The position numbers were made by a program, and so were the translations under genes. From a virus (Duplodnaviria > Caudoviricetes): a stretch of 47,945 nucleotides of DNA. Positions 1 to 7,884 of the stretch are shown here, in pieces; the first letter of the stretch is position 1, and each line of letters begins with the position of its first letter. The notes beneath the pieces are model-generated. The model searched no databases and was not told where the DNA came from. It saw only the letters and a list, made by a program, of their open reading frames with translations. The stretch spans positions 1-47,945 of the IMG/VR virus record IMGVR_UViG_3300015370_000021; one strand, 5' to 3'.

Positions 1-123
1 ATACTTCCGCGCCACCTTACCCTGCTTGCCACGCCGACCATAATCAGCGAGCCGCAGCGCGCAGACCGTGAAGGCCAGTGCGGAGGCATCCACAGTCTTC
101 ACGGCTGCGCGGGTCCTGGGGCC
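1..123. repeat. Terminal direct repeat / circular assembly overlap (copy 1)
   Basis: 1-123 is identical to 47823-47945; an ORF reads through the join. Confidence 0.95.
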
Positions 124-492
124 AAATGAGCCATCGACGGTCAGTATCGTGGCCCTGTGCAGCCTGTTGATGGCCTCCTGCAGCAGCTCGATGCCGCCCA
201 GGAGGTTGTCGCCCTTCCGGCCCGGACCCATGTTGACCACGGCGTCCACGACGGCCTCACGCACCCTGGGCGGCAGCGCCTCCCACAGGGGCTGGTAGGT
301 GGCATAATAGAACTGAGACACGGCTGTGCCTATGTCCCGGCCTCCTGCGTCAATGATCATCCAGCCGTGCCAGTTTGGATTATGGCGCCGGGAGATCCCC
401 CACGCCGTCTGGCCGCCGGGGTCGTCCGGATCATGGTGTACAACCCGGCCCTCATGATCCATCAACCACTCGAAGAATTCGCTCCAGGTCAT
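1..492 (-). CDS. Endolysin, glycoside hydrolase family 108 (5' part; continues across the circular junction to 47775)
   Basis: Not in the ORF track; translated by hand as MTWSEFFEWLMDHEGRVVHHDPDDPGGQTAWGISRR..., matching the GH108 E-G..DP.D.GG.T.WGI motif. The ATG overlaps the upstream stop (ATGA). Joined ORF is 179 aa. Confidence 0.9.
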   Translation of the reverse strand, partial: MTWSEFFEWLMDHEGRVVHHDPDDPGGQTAWGISRRHNPNWHGWMIIDAGGRDIGTAVSQFYYATYQPLWEALPPRVREAVVDAVVNMGPGRKGDNLLGGIELLQEAINRLHRATILTVDGSFGPRTRAAVKTVDASALAFTVCALRLADYGRRGKQGKVARKY

Positions 493-1226
493 GACTTGTC
501 CTCCTGCAGCACGATGATGGCTGCGGCCGCATAGTTGATGACGCCAAGCAGCTCGCGCACTGCCCGCTCCTTGCCGTTGTCCAAGGCCAGCAGGATCGGC
601 GTCTCGTGGGACTTCTTCCAAGCCTGATAGACCAAGCAGCCCACGCCGAACCGCCTGCCACCCTGACAGATGGGCTGCTGGTCGAATGGCAGGCCGTTGG
701 CGTGGCGCTCCAAGCCCTTGCCGCCCTGGGCCTGCTCCAACGCCTGGGCATAGATGGCGCGCAGGGAGTCATAGCCATCGCCCGTGTGCCCGGTCGCCTC
801 TTCCATCCAATCGGCGCCGCAGTGGTCGCATTCCCACCCCGTATCCAGCTCCCGCCCGCATGCCGGGCAGTGGTAATACTCCCTGCGTGCTGCCTCCTCC
901 ATGGGCTTCAAGTTATCCGGCCTGGCGGCCGATATGTCCTCGAGGCCCTGCACGGAGCAGAATTCCTTGACCAGGTCTACGATGACCCCAGAGTCGTGGC
1001 GCGCAGACATCTTTGTCATCTCATCCCTGGTCGTGAGCCAAGCCACAAAACCACACACGGCCTCGCTAGGGTTCAGCGTCTTGGGGATATCTTTCTTCTG
1101 AGCATTGTGCGCCCGGACCTCTGCCAGATACTCCTGAACACCAATGTCCACACGCTCTGACTCGGTCATGTCCCGCTCGCGCTTGATCTCCTCCGCCCGG
1201 GCCAGGAGCTTATCCACGTCCGCCAT
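489..1226 (-). CDS. Hypothetical phage protein, multi-segment (CxxC zinc ribbon plus C-terminal GKGxERHA helical domain)
   Basis: ORF 489..1259; likely start MADVDK after GGAGG; CPACG...CDHCG and GYDSL...GKGLERHANGLPF motifs. Confidence 0.75.
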   Translation of the reverse strand: MADVDKLLARAEEIKRERDMTESERVDIGVQEYLAEVRAHNAQKKDIPKTLNPSEAVCGFVAWLTTRDEMTKMSARHDSGVIVDLVKEFCSVQGLEDISAARPDNLKPMEEAARREYYHCPACGRELDTGWECDHCGADWMEEATGHTGDGYDSLRAIYAQALEQAQGGKGLERHANGLPFDQQPICQGGRRFGVGCLVYQAWKKSHETPILLALDNGKERAVRELLGVINYAAAAIIVLQEDKS

Positions 1227-1527
1227 CTGCCACCTCCATGTGCTTTTTGAGTTTATCAATCTTGGCCGGGATGCGAAAAGGCACCAGGCCCGCCGCGCTG
1301 GGGATCAGGATCTCGTCGAGCTGGTAGAGCATAATGGCCACGTCCGCCCGCTCGTCCACGATGCGCTCCAGGGATGTGTCCCCGCCGTGCGCCGCCTTGT
1401 ACAGCTCGTCCGCCAGCTCGCGCAGCTCCTCGACCACTTCGATGACCTGGCAGCGGCGGCCGAACATCTCGACCGCCTCCTGGCAAACACGGGCCTGATC
1501 GTCCGTGAGAGCGATTCTAGAGGTCAT
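1210..1527 (-). CDS. MazG-like nucleotide pyrophosphohydrolase
   Basis: EELRELADEL...IVDERADVAIML matches the MazG ExxE...ExxD pattern; start MTSR after GGAGG. Confidence 0.8.
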   Translation of the reverse strand: MTSRIALTDDQARVCQEAVEMFGRRCQVIEVVEELRELADELYKAAHGGDTSLERIVDERADVAIMLYQLDEILIPSAAGLVPFRIPAKIDKLKKHMEVADGGRG

Positions 1528-1696
1528 CCCACCCCTCCGCACGGTTTTCCTGCTCCTGCGCCTCCAGGGGCGCGCTGGCGGCCAATGGTGACCATGGATA
1601 GAGGGCACAAAGTCCCTCGGCCCTGCAAACACCATCCGGCCAGGCTCGCATCATGCCGCACTGGGTCCTGCACTTCATCTCGATAGCTTCAAGCAT
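1517..1696 (-). CDS. Small Cys-rich hypothetical protein
   Basis: MLEAIEMKCRTQCG...C...CALYPW; AGGAG upstream; fills the operon gap. Confidence 0.6.
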   Translation of the reverse strand: MLEAIEMKCRTQCGMMRAWPDGVCRAEGLCALYPWSPLAASAPLEAQEQENRAEGWDDL

Positions 1697-1704
1697 GTGA
1701 TCTC

Positions 1705-2055
1705 CTACAGGTCTGAAAAGTCCGATTCTGGAAACAACTCCACCAGCCAGCCGAGCAGGATCTCGGCAGGCACAGTGGCCAACCACTCTCCCTTGTTACG
1801 CTTGTTGACCACCACAGGCACCTTGGAACCCGCGTCAGCCTTGGCTTGCGCCATCGCGCCGACCAGATCCAAACGCTCCGTTCGCTTGACCTCAAAATGA
1901 ATTCCAGGAAGGCTGTGAACCACGTCAGGTGAGATTCCACCTACGTTCCCGGCGAACTGCTGCCCCCGGCGCGCATAAATTCCAAACTCACGGAGCGCAT
2001 CTCTGAATTCCAGCTCTCCGCGCTTGCCTTTTGACCTCGAATTAACCTTCGCCAT
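1705..2055 (-). CDS. PD-(D/E)XK nuclease, Holliday junction resolvase-like
   Basis: NSRSKGKRGELE...PDVV...FEVKRTE motifs. Confidence 0.85.
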   Translation of the reverse strand: MAKVNSRSKGKRGELEFRDALREFGIYARRGQQFAGNVGGISPDVVHSLPGIHFEVKRTERLDLVGAMAQAKADAGSKVPVVVNKRNKGEWLATVPAEILLGWLVELFPESDFSDL

Positions 2056-2094
2056 ACATCTCACCGCCTTATTGATTTTAGATGCATTAAGCAC

Positions 2095-2415
2095 CTATTT
2101 TCGTCTGGTCTTGGGGCGCCCACAGACATTATTTTTGCCCCAAAAAGCCTGTTTTTGGCCCTACTCAATACTGTAATTGAGTAGTGAGTTTTTTTGTGGC
2201 CATAAAGCACTGATATAAAAGCTCTTTTCACTTACTCAAAAAATCGATGTTTTTCGAGCAAATTACTTTATAAAAAAACATTATGTGTGTGTGGGTCAAA
2301 TACATCTCTATATGGGCTTATATTATATTTGAATAATAGAGTAAGTGAGTATAGTATTAAAAACCAAATACTTACCTATAAAAAAAATCTTCGATCTTTA
2401 CTCAATACTCAATTT
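2095..2415. other. AT-rich repeat-bearing region, putative replication origin
   Basis: Long A/T tracts; TACTCA repeated in both orientations; 9-bp inverted repeat 2161-2169/2176-2184; immediately downstream of the primase-helicase. Confidence 0.6.
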
Positions 2416-4597
2416 CACTGAAATCATCCCATTCAATTGCCCCGCCGATGAACTTTTCAAAGTTCTTGCGCGCGCTCTCCAGTGCCGGGATGTGATACCC
2501 ATTTTCCCTTTCGGTCTCGATGACCCTCTGCGACCGGTGGCCCGGGCAGACACCTTTTGGTCCATAAATCTTGCGAGAGAGTATTTTCTCTCCGACGTAT
2601 GGGCGGCCAGGCCAGGACTTGGCCCACTCGCTGTACGCAGCCATCGCGTACCTGGGGATCAAGAAGTCTGGCCACTCGTGGTCGTAGATGGTCCCTTTGT
2701 GGAGGCAGTCCAGCCACCACTGGTACACGGCCTCGAGGCTCTCCTGCTTCTGGTGCAGCCTGGCCGCGGACTCTGGGGCCTTGAACAGGTCTATCTCCAC
2801 TTTGTACTGAAGGAGCCACGCCAGCAACGCCTCCGCCCCGCCGTTGTCTATCTCCCGGGCCAGGGCCTTGAAATACCCGTTGGAGTCCTGCTTGTGCTCG
2901 TCCCCGACGTCCATGACCATGAAGCGCCGTTCGTCAGGCCCTGCAGGCACGACCCAGTCTTCATTGCTGGCCATGATGCACCGAACGTATGAATCGACCT
3001 CGTAGGTATCCACGCCCTTGCGCTCCACGGGGATGCGGGGCTCTGTGATCAGGCCCTTGAGAACGCCTTCACTCTTCTTGTCCCCGGCCCAGAAGGCCTC
3101 GTCGAGGAACACGAGGACCTTGTCCGACAAATGGTGGTTGAAGCGCCCGGTCAGGTGTTCGCGGTTATTGAGCTGGATGCCGTGCCGTCCGAAGATCCTG
3201 AGAAGGGGTCGCACGAACATACCTTTGCCCGTGCCTCTCCCGCCACGCAGGACCAGGGCCACGCCGGGCTTCATGCCTCCCGGGCTTTGAACCAAGTGTG
3301 CCATCCAGGACCATACATATTGGATATGGACCGGGTCAGAGCAGCAGATGACCTTCTCGACGTGCTCGCGGTACATTAGGCACCGCTCCTCGGCATTCTC
3401 CCGCAGCGGATCGAGGGCAAACCCCTGCCACAGGTTGACCCATCCTTCGTCGCAGCCTTCCGGGCGGAAACATATACCGCGCGAACGCCGGCGCTCCTCA
3501 CTTTCTAGCCAGATCTTGGACAAGGGAATGCTCTTGGGCTTGTCTCCTTCCGACCATACCCGCTGGTTCTGCAGGAGTGTCTCGAAGTCCGCCTTGCGCA
3601 AGGGTATTACGTCATCGGTGTCCTCATGGATGATCATGACCTTGGACCCGATGGTCGCGACTGAGAACTCCTTGTTCAGTCTTTCTATGTTTGAAAGCGC
3701 GGGTTCCGTTGGCTCAATGTCCGCGAAGGCTGTCTCTGGTGTTGCGGCTCCGGGCGGTTTCAGCGCATACCGATAGGCATTCTCAATCTTTGTCTCGAAC
3801 CAGTCCATGTCGCAGTTTGTGACCTTGTCAGCATAGAGGTCGATCATCAGCTCCTTGCACTTGTCGAGGCTTACGCCAAAGTCCCGCACGCACATGGCCA
3901 CGGTCAGCACGCGTTTGTCGCCGCCGTCGCCCTCTATGGCTTCCGGCGCGTGCAGCAGGTACTCCACCGCACGGTGGACGTTATGGGGCAGATCCCATTC
4001 AATACCAACCGGGTCAATTTCTCCGCGCTCCTTCTGCCTGCGCTCCCCGGCTATGGCTTTGAGCCATTCCGGAAGAGGCGCCGCCGGGGAGCGCCTGACG
4101 ATCCGGTAGATGCCCTTGCCGACCACGTTGGACCCAGGAACCGGGATCATGACTGGGCTGTCCAGACCCTTGCCAAACTTGTTGACCCCGGTGCTGCAGG
4201 CCCCCATGAAGAGGTAATGATCACCGTCCGAGGGGGTGGCGGACTGCAGCGTGCCTGGGAGATCTCCATGGTCCAGTTCGAGACTGAGGAGCGTTTTGCC
4301 CCCGTCCTTCCCATTCTTTCGGTCTACATCGAGCACGGACATATCCGACTGGACTAGGGCGATGCAGGCGTAGACCGCGCCGTCCGTTCCAAGCCATTTG
4401 CGGATCTGCTCCGGGTCGGAGGAGGAGCCTGTGGACCAGGCCACGAGGGGGCAGTGTGTTGGTTTGTCGGCGCCTTTGGGCTTTCCCCACCAGGAGGGGA
4501 AGAGCTTCGCGTCCGGGTATTGGGACAAAAAAATCAAAGCGGCATCTAAATTTTGTGACATATAGGGTTCCATTTGACATACAGGCGGTGTGCCCAT
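2402..4597 (-). CDS. Bifunctional primase-polymerase fused to SF3 (D5/DUF5906-like) helicase
   Basis: VLDVD and TPSDGDHYLF prim-pol motifs; Walker A GGRGTGKG, Walker B VFLDE, sensor MASN. True start may be 4561. Confidence 0.9.
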   Translation of the reverse strand: MGTPPVCQMEPYMSQNLDAALIFLSQYPDAKLFPSWWGKPKGADKPTHCPLVAWSTGSSSDPEQIRKWLGTDGAVYACIALVQSDMSVLDVDRKNGKDGGKTLLSLELDHGDLPGTLQSATPSDGDHYLFMGACSTGVNKFGKGLDSPVMIPVPGSNVVGKGIYRIVRRSPAAPLPEWLKAIAGERRQKERGEIDPVGIEWDLPHNVHRAVEYLLHAPEAIEGDGGDKRVLTVAMCVRDFGVSLDKCKELMIDLYADKVTNCDMDWFETKIENAYRYALKPPGAATPETAFADIEPTEPALSNIERLNKEFSVATIGSKVMIIHEDTDDVIPLRKADFETLLQNQRVWSEGDKPKSIPLSKIWLESEERRRSRGICFRPEGCDEGWVNLWQGFALDPLRENAEERCLMYREHVEKVICCSDPVHIQYVWSWMAHLVQSPGGMKPGVALVLRGGRGTGKGMFVRPLLRIFGRHGIQLNNREHLTGRFNHHLSDKVLVFLDEAFWAGDKKSEGVLKGLITEPRIPVERKGVDTYEVDSYVRCIMASNEDWVVPAGPDERRFMVMDVGDEHKQDSNGYFKALAREIDNGGAEALLAWLLQYKVEIDLFKAPESAARLHQKQESLEAVYQWWLDCLHKGTIYDHEWPDFLIPRYAMAAYSEWAKSWPGRPYVGEKILSRKIYGPKGVCPGHRSQRVIETERENGYHIPALESARKNFEKFIGGAIEWDDFSEIEY

Positions 4598-4634
4598 ATG
4601 GTTGAGTCTGCATGTTTTGCTTCCCCCTCCTCCT

Positions 4635-4663
4635 AAACCCCGGTCCTACACAACCGGGGTTTT
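4635..4663 (-). promoter_or_regulatory. Stem-loop upstream of the primase-helicase
   Basis: AAACCCCGGT-loop-ACCGGGGTTT inverted repeat. Confidence 0.5.
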
Positions 4664-4804
4664 CTAATTCCCGCCGCTCGGATCTGTGGACATGATCAGC
4701 GCCAGGACACCAGTGATCGTCCCGCCAATCTTATTGTCCACGAGGGTGTACATCACCATGGCAGTGAGAATCAGCATGAAAGTCAAATAGGTGTTCAGCT
4801 TCAT
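4664..4804 (-). CDS. Small hydrophobic protein (46 aa)
   Basis: Hand translation [39 protein letters not shown]...; AGGAG SD; ATGA overlap with the MTase stop. Confidence 0.6.
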   Translation of the reverse strand: MKLNTYLTFMLILTAMVMYTLVDNKIGGTITGVLALIMSTDPSGGN

Positions 4805-5826
4805 GGTGTAACTCCTAGGAATGCTTCGATGAAGGCTTGCGCTTGCGGCGCGACAATGGCGTTACCATAACCGCGCAGTCGTCCCACTCGATTGGGAGCC
4901 CCTGCAACCAACGGGAATGTGCCGGGTTCAACTGGCCTCCACTTTCCATCCCTGCAGAGGATCCAGTCAGCATCTCGCCAGTGGCCGTCAGTCGGGCGGG
5001 ACCTGTGATGGCTGCTATTCCCGGCAAGCAGCAAAGTTTTCCCCTCTCCATTTCCCGCATCGCGCCTTCCGTCGTCCTGCTGTTTTTCTCTCCGTCCACC
5101 GCCCTCGGCGTCGGCCAGCCCGACAACGCCACTATCTGGCCCATTGGCTTGCCCGTGTCCCAGGGTCTCGCTTCCTTCACTCCCCGACTGGCGTCTGTCA
5201 CGGTCGTTGTCGGCCAACCCGCGAGTTGATGTGTGACCCATGGCAATGGCTTCCCCCTCGTCTGTTCCGCTCTCCCGGCATGATATTCTTCTGTCGCGGA
5301 CTCGCTCCGGAAGTCCCTCGCCGCAGGCGTCGGCCACCCAGTACATTCGCTGACGGATGTGCGGCGCACCGAAGCCCGCAGCGCAGGAATCAACCGCCCC
5401 GCAGGCGTAGCCCTCTCCTTCCAGGTCAGCGTGTACAAGGTCGATCCAGTTGAGTCCGTCCTTGCTCGCAACCTGTTCGCCAAAGACAACGACAGGGCGG
5501 TGGATGCGGATGAGATGGTGGAACGCGGGCCATAAGTGCCGCTCATCAGCAAACCCGCCTCCTTTGCCTGCCGCGCTGAAAGGCTGGCAGGGGCAGGAAC
5601 CTGTCCAGACGGGCCTGTCGTCCGGCCATCCTGCGTTTCGGAGCGCGTAGCTCCAGACGCCGATCCCGGCGAAGAAGTGGCACTGCGTAAAGCCATCAAG
5701 ATCGGCAGGAGAAACATCCTCAATACTCCTTGTGTCTACGACACCAGGGGCGATGTGCCCCGCTTTTATCAGTTCATGCAACCACTCGGCCGCGAAGGGG
5801 TCAAACTCGTTGTAATACGCCGCCAT
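4801..5826 (-). CDS. DNA (cytosine-5) methyltransferase, alpha polypeptide
   Basis: Motif I FFAGIG, motif [10 protein letters not shown], motif VI GEQV, motif VIII HIRQR, motif X YGNAIV; no motif IX in this frame. Confidence 0.92.
   Translation of the reverse strand: MAAYYNEFDPFAAEWLHELIKAGHIAPGVVDTRSIEDVSPADLDGFTQCHFFAGIGVWSYALRNAGWPDDRPVWTGSCPCQPFSAAGKGGGFADERHLWPAFHHLIRIHRPVVVFGEQVASKDGLNWIDLVHADLEGEGYACGAVDSCAAGFGAPHIRQRMYWVADACGEGLPERVRDRRISCRESGTDEGEAIAMGHTSTRGLADNDRDRRQSGSEGSETLGHGQANGPDSGVVGLADAEGGGRREKQQDDGRRDAGNGEGKTLLLAGNSSHHRSRPTDGHWRDADWILCRDGKWRPVEPGTFPLVAGAPNRVGRLRGYGNAIVAPQAQAFIEAFLGVTP
4815..5546 (-). CDS. Overprinted methyltransferase beta polypeptide (motif IX/TRD), alternative frame inside the MTase gene
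   Basis: AGGAGG upstream of the ATG at 5546; three GWPT repeats; C-terminal [16 protein letters not shown] resembles motif IX. Confidence 0.75.
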   Translation of the reverse strand: MSGTYGPRSTISSASTALSLSLANRLRARTDSTGSTLYTLTWKERATPAGRLIPALRASVRRTSVSECTGWPTPAARDFRSESATEEYHAGRAEQTRGKPLPWVTHQLAGWPTTTVTDASRGVKEARPWDTGKPMGQIVALSGWPTPRAVDGEKNSRTTEGAMREMERGKLCCLPGIAAITGPARLTATGEMLTGSSAGMESGGQLNPAHSRWLQGLPIEWDDCAVMVTPLSRRKRKPSSKHS

Positions 5827-6041
5827 CACAGAGCTTCCCCCTCGAAGTAAGGATTCTTTGTCTCTTTGGTATATATCCAATCCTCACGCTTGATTGACAG
5901 CCCCATCACCTTGCATGCCGCAGCCAGGCGCTGCGCCGTGCTGGCCGAGGCCTGCCTCTGCCTCTTAACATATTGCGTTATCTGGCTCGGGGCGACATCC
6001 GCCATCCGCGCCAAGGTCGCCTTTTCTCCTGATCTCCACAT
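5826..6041 (-). CDS. Cro/XRE-like helix-turn-helix regulator
   Basis: KATLARMADVAPSQITQYVKRQRQAS HTH; AGGAGG SD before MWRSG. Confidence 0.8.
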   Translation of the reverse strand: MWRSGEKATLARMADVAPSQITQYVKRQRQASASTAQRLAAACKVMGLSIKREDWIYTKETKNPYFEGEAL

Positions 6042-6075
6042 TCTTGTATCCTCCTGGGAAATTGTTCCCATCAGG

Positions 6076-6105
6076 TTAATAGTCTGACTGCCGGGAGAGT
6101 GTCAA
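6076..6105 (-). promoter_or_regulatory. Candidate sigma70 promoter for the leftward operon
   Basis: TTGACA-18 nt-TATTAA on the minus strand just upstream of the HTH gene. Confidence 0.6.
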
Positions 6106-6239
6106 CAACCATCCGAAAAGAGCCAAAAAATAAAAATAAAATATTTGTGGATTTTTCTCATTTTACGCTTGACTTTGTTCTCACCATGAGAATAAGAAGG
6201 ACTCAAGACGACACGGTCCTTGACAAAAAACGAGACACA

Positions 6240-6470
6240 CAAGCCGAGGCGGGACGAAAGGCCCCGAAGAGACCCGGCACAACACCTCCAGGATGGACCG
6301 TGGGTGCGGAGACCGCCTGGATACAACAGCAAAACAAAGACCAACAAATAGGGAGCCCGCACGGCTCCCTCCATCCCATCAGCCCCCGAGCAAAAGAAGG
6401 CTTGGTTCTTCTTGTCAGGTTGCTCTCTGGGACTGTGGCCTCGCCCGGCTCGCGGGCTGATGTGATGGAT
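6240..6470 (+). ncRNA. Structured non-coding leader of the early operon (putative)
   Basis: Several GC-rich hairpins, including a 22-bp stem 6370-6391/6448-6469, separated by A/C-rich linkers. Confidence 0.4.
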
Positions 6471-6492
6471 AACAAAACTACTGGAGGCACTA

Positions 6493-6681
6493 ATGGCTAC
6501 TGGACTACTGGACCAAATCATGGATTACGAGGCGGGGGAAATGGACGAGACCGAAAGGGTCATCTTCTTCCAAGATCTGATCGACACCGGAATGGCTTGG
6601 GAGCTGCAGGGCTCCTACGGTCGCACCGCCCACGCACTGATCAACGCCGGGGACTGCACGCTCCCGGCGAGGAGGGCCTAA
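6493..6681 (+). CDS. Early hypothetical protein
   Basis: GGAGG SD; FFQDLIDTGMAWELQGSYGRTA. Confidence 0.8.
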   Translation: MATGLLDQIMDYEAGEMDETERVIFFQDLIDTGMAWELQGSYGRTAHALINAGDCTLPARRA

Positions 6682-6683
6682 TC

Positions 6684-6917
6684 ATGACACCTTCTGATCT
6701 CAAATACCACCACGAGCGTCTGAACCCCAACAGCCACTTCTTTGATCGCGACACCATGCGCTTCTTCGGAGACACCATGAGCAACTACGGGGTCATCACC
6801 CACGAAGACTGCTACGAGCTGCGCCGCAAGAAGCCGGTCAAGAACGGGCTGCAGCGGTCTAACTACTTCGACAAAGTGACCTTTGAGATCCGCCGGGATC
6901 TCGGGAGGAAGAGATGA
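6684..6917 (+). CDS. Early hypothetical protein
   Basis: AGGAGG SD; MTPSDLK...HFFDRDTMRFFGDT; 3' part of ORF 6099..6917. Confidence 0.8.
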   Translation: MTPSDLKYHHERLNPNSHFFDRDTMRFFGDTMSNYGVITHEDCYELRRKKPVKNGLQRSNYFDKVTFEIRRDLGRKR

Positions 6918-7489
6918 GCTTCACATATGAAGCGAAAGCTACCGGGTACATGATTTTCTGGAATGGCAAGCCGCTCGGCGGCGCCGGGATAATTGGTGAT
7001 TACAAAGGAAGGAAAGCCCGCCAACAAGTGGCTTACTACGGGGAGCAGGCTAGAGCACGCATAGCAGAAATCAAAGAAGGCCGTGGGAGGAGCGACATGC
7101 TGGACACCTTGTCCAAGTATCGGGCCGAAGAGCAGGCCAAGAGGCACACCGTCTTCCTGGACGCATACATCAACGCAGCTTTTTGGACATCTTATGATGA
7201 CAACGAAATGCCCTTTGACGAGGTCTACCGCGTCGGTGACATCTCGAGCGAGGCCCTGGACCAGATGATAGAAGACTGCGCGGCCTTCCTGGACAAAGCG
7301 GACATCCCGGACAACCTGCTGCCCCAGGCGGGGCACGACTTCTGGCTGACCCGAAACTGGCACGGATCAGGCTTCTGGGACCGCCCCGAGATCTACGGCG
7401 AGGAGAAGGCCCAGGAGCTGTCCGCCCTGGCCGAGACTTTTGGGGTTGTTGACCTGTATGTCGGAGATGAAGGGAGGATATATGGATAG
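6914..7489 (+). CDS. Early hypothetical protein
   Basis: ATGA coupling; AGHDFWLTRNWHGSGFWDR motif. Confidence 0.85.
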   Translation: MSFTYEAKATGYMIFWNGKPLGGAGIIGDYKGRKARQQVAYYGEQARARIAEIKEGRGRSDMLDTLSKYRAEEQAKRHTVFLDAYINAAFWTSYDDNEMPFDEVYRVGDISSEALDQMIEDCAAFLDKADIPDNLLPQAGHDFWLTRNWHGSGFWDRPEIYGEEKAQELSALAETFGVVDLYVGDEGRIYG

Positions 7490-7721
7490 GTGCTGCTGGA
7501 ACTGTGCGAAGATCACGATAGAAGAAACCGCACAGGCCAAACTGGCAAAGGCCTTTCAGTCCAAGCTGAAGAAGGTTGGGGTGATGCACCGGGGCAACGA
7601 CATCCGCATGTCCTGCCCGGTCACTGGGGGTGTCATGATCCCCGCTTCTGAGGCCATCCTCAACAGAGTGTTCACAGGGTGCATGACGCTGCGCTGCTTC
7701 GAGCCCAAGGAGGAATCATGA
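7482..7721 (+). CDS. Cys-rich hypothetical protein
   Basis: GGAGG SD then MDRCCWNC. Confidence 0.7.
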   Translation: MDRCCWNCAKITIEETAQAKLAKAFQSKLKKVGVMHRGNDIRMSCPVTGGVMIPASEAILNRVFTGCMTLRCFEPKEES

Positions 7722-7876
7722 AACTGCTCTACTCAGGCCCTGCGCCTCTCGACCCAAACCATGTGCGGCGCCAAAAGCGCCGCGCGACCATCTTGGCACA
7801 TTTCTGGGAGTTTCTCGGAACCATCGCCCTGCTGACGGGCATCTGGGCACTCATCATTTTAATGTTCGTGATGTAG
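7718..7876 (+). CDS. Small membrane protein
   Basis: AGGAGG SD; C-terminal hydrophobic helix. Confidence 0.65.
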   Translation: MKLLYSGPAPLDPNHVRRQKRRATILAHFWEFLGTIALLTGIWALIILMFVM

Positions 7877-7884
7877 GGGAACTT

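Noticed and set aside
1-123. Biological terminal repeat
   Set aside because: It falls in the middle of the endolysin gene and is more simply an assembly overlap; reads are needed to settle this.
4221-4613. Out-of-frame ORF after AGGAGG at the primase 5' end
   Set aside because: The SD-ATG spacing is long and the product has no recognisable features; it could be a regulatory upstream ORF but is unsupported.
5826-6490. Lysogeny switch
   Set aside because: Only one small HTH gene is present; no integrase, CI-like peptidase repressor or partition genes were seen.
6099-6683. N-terminal extension of ORF 6099..6917
   Set aside because: It crosses the promoter/leader region and overlaps gene 6493..6681; a good SD supports the start at 6684.
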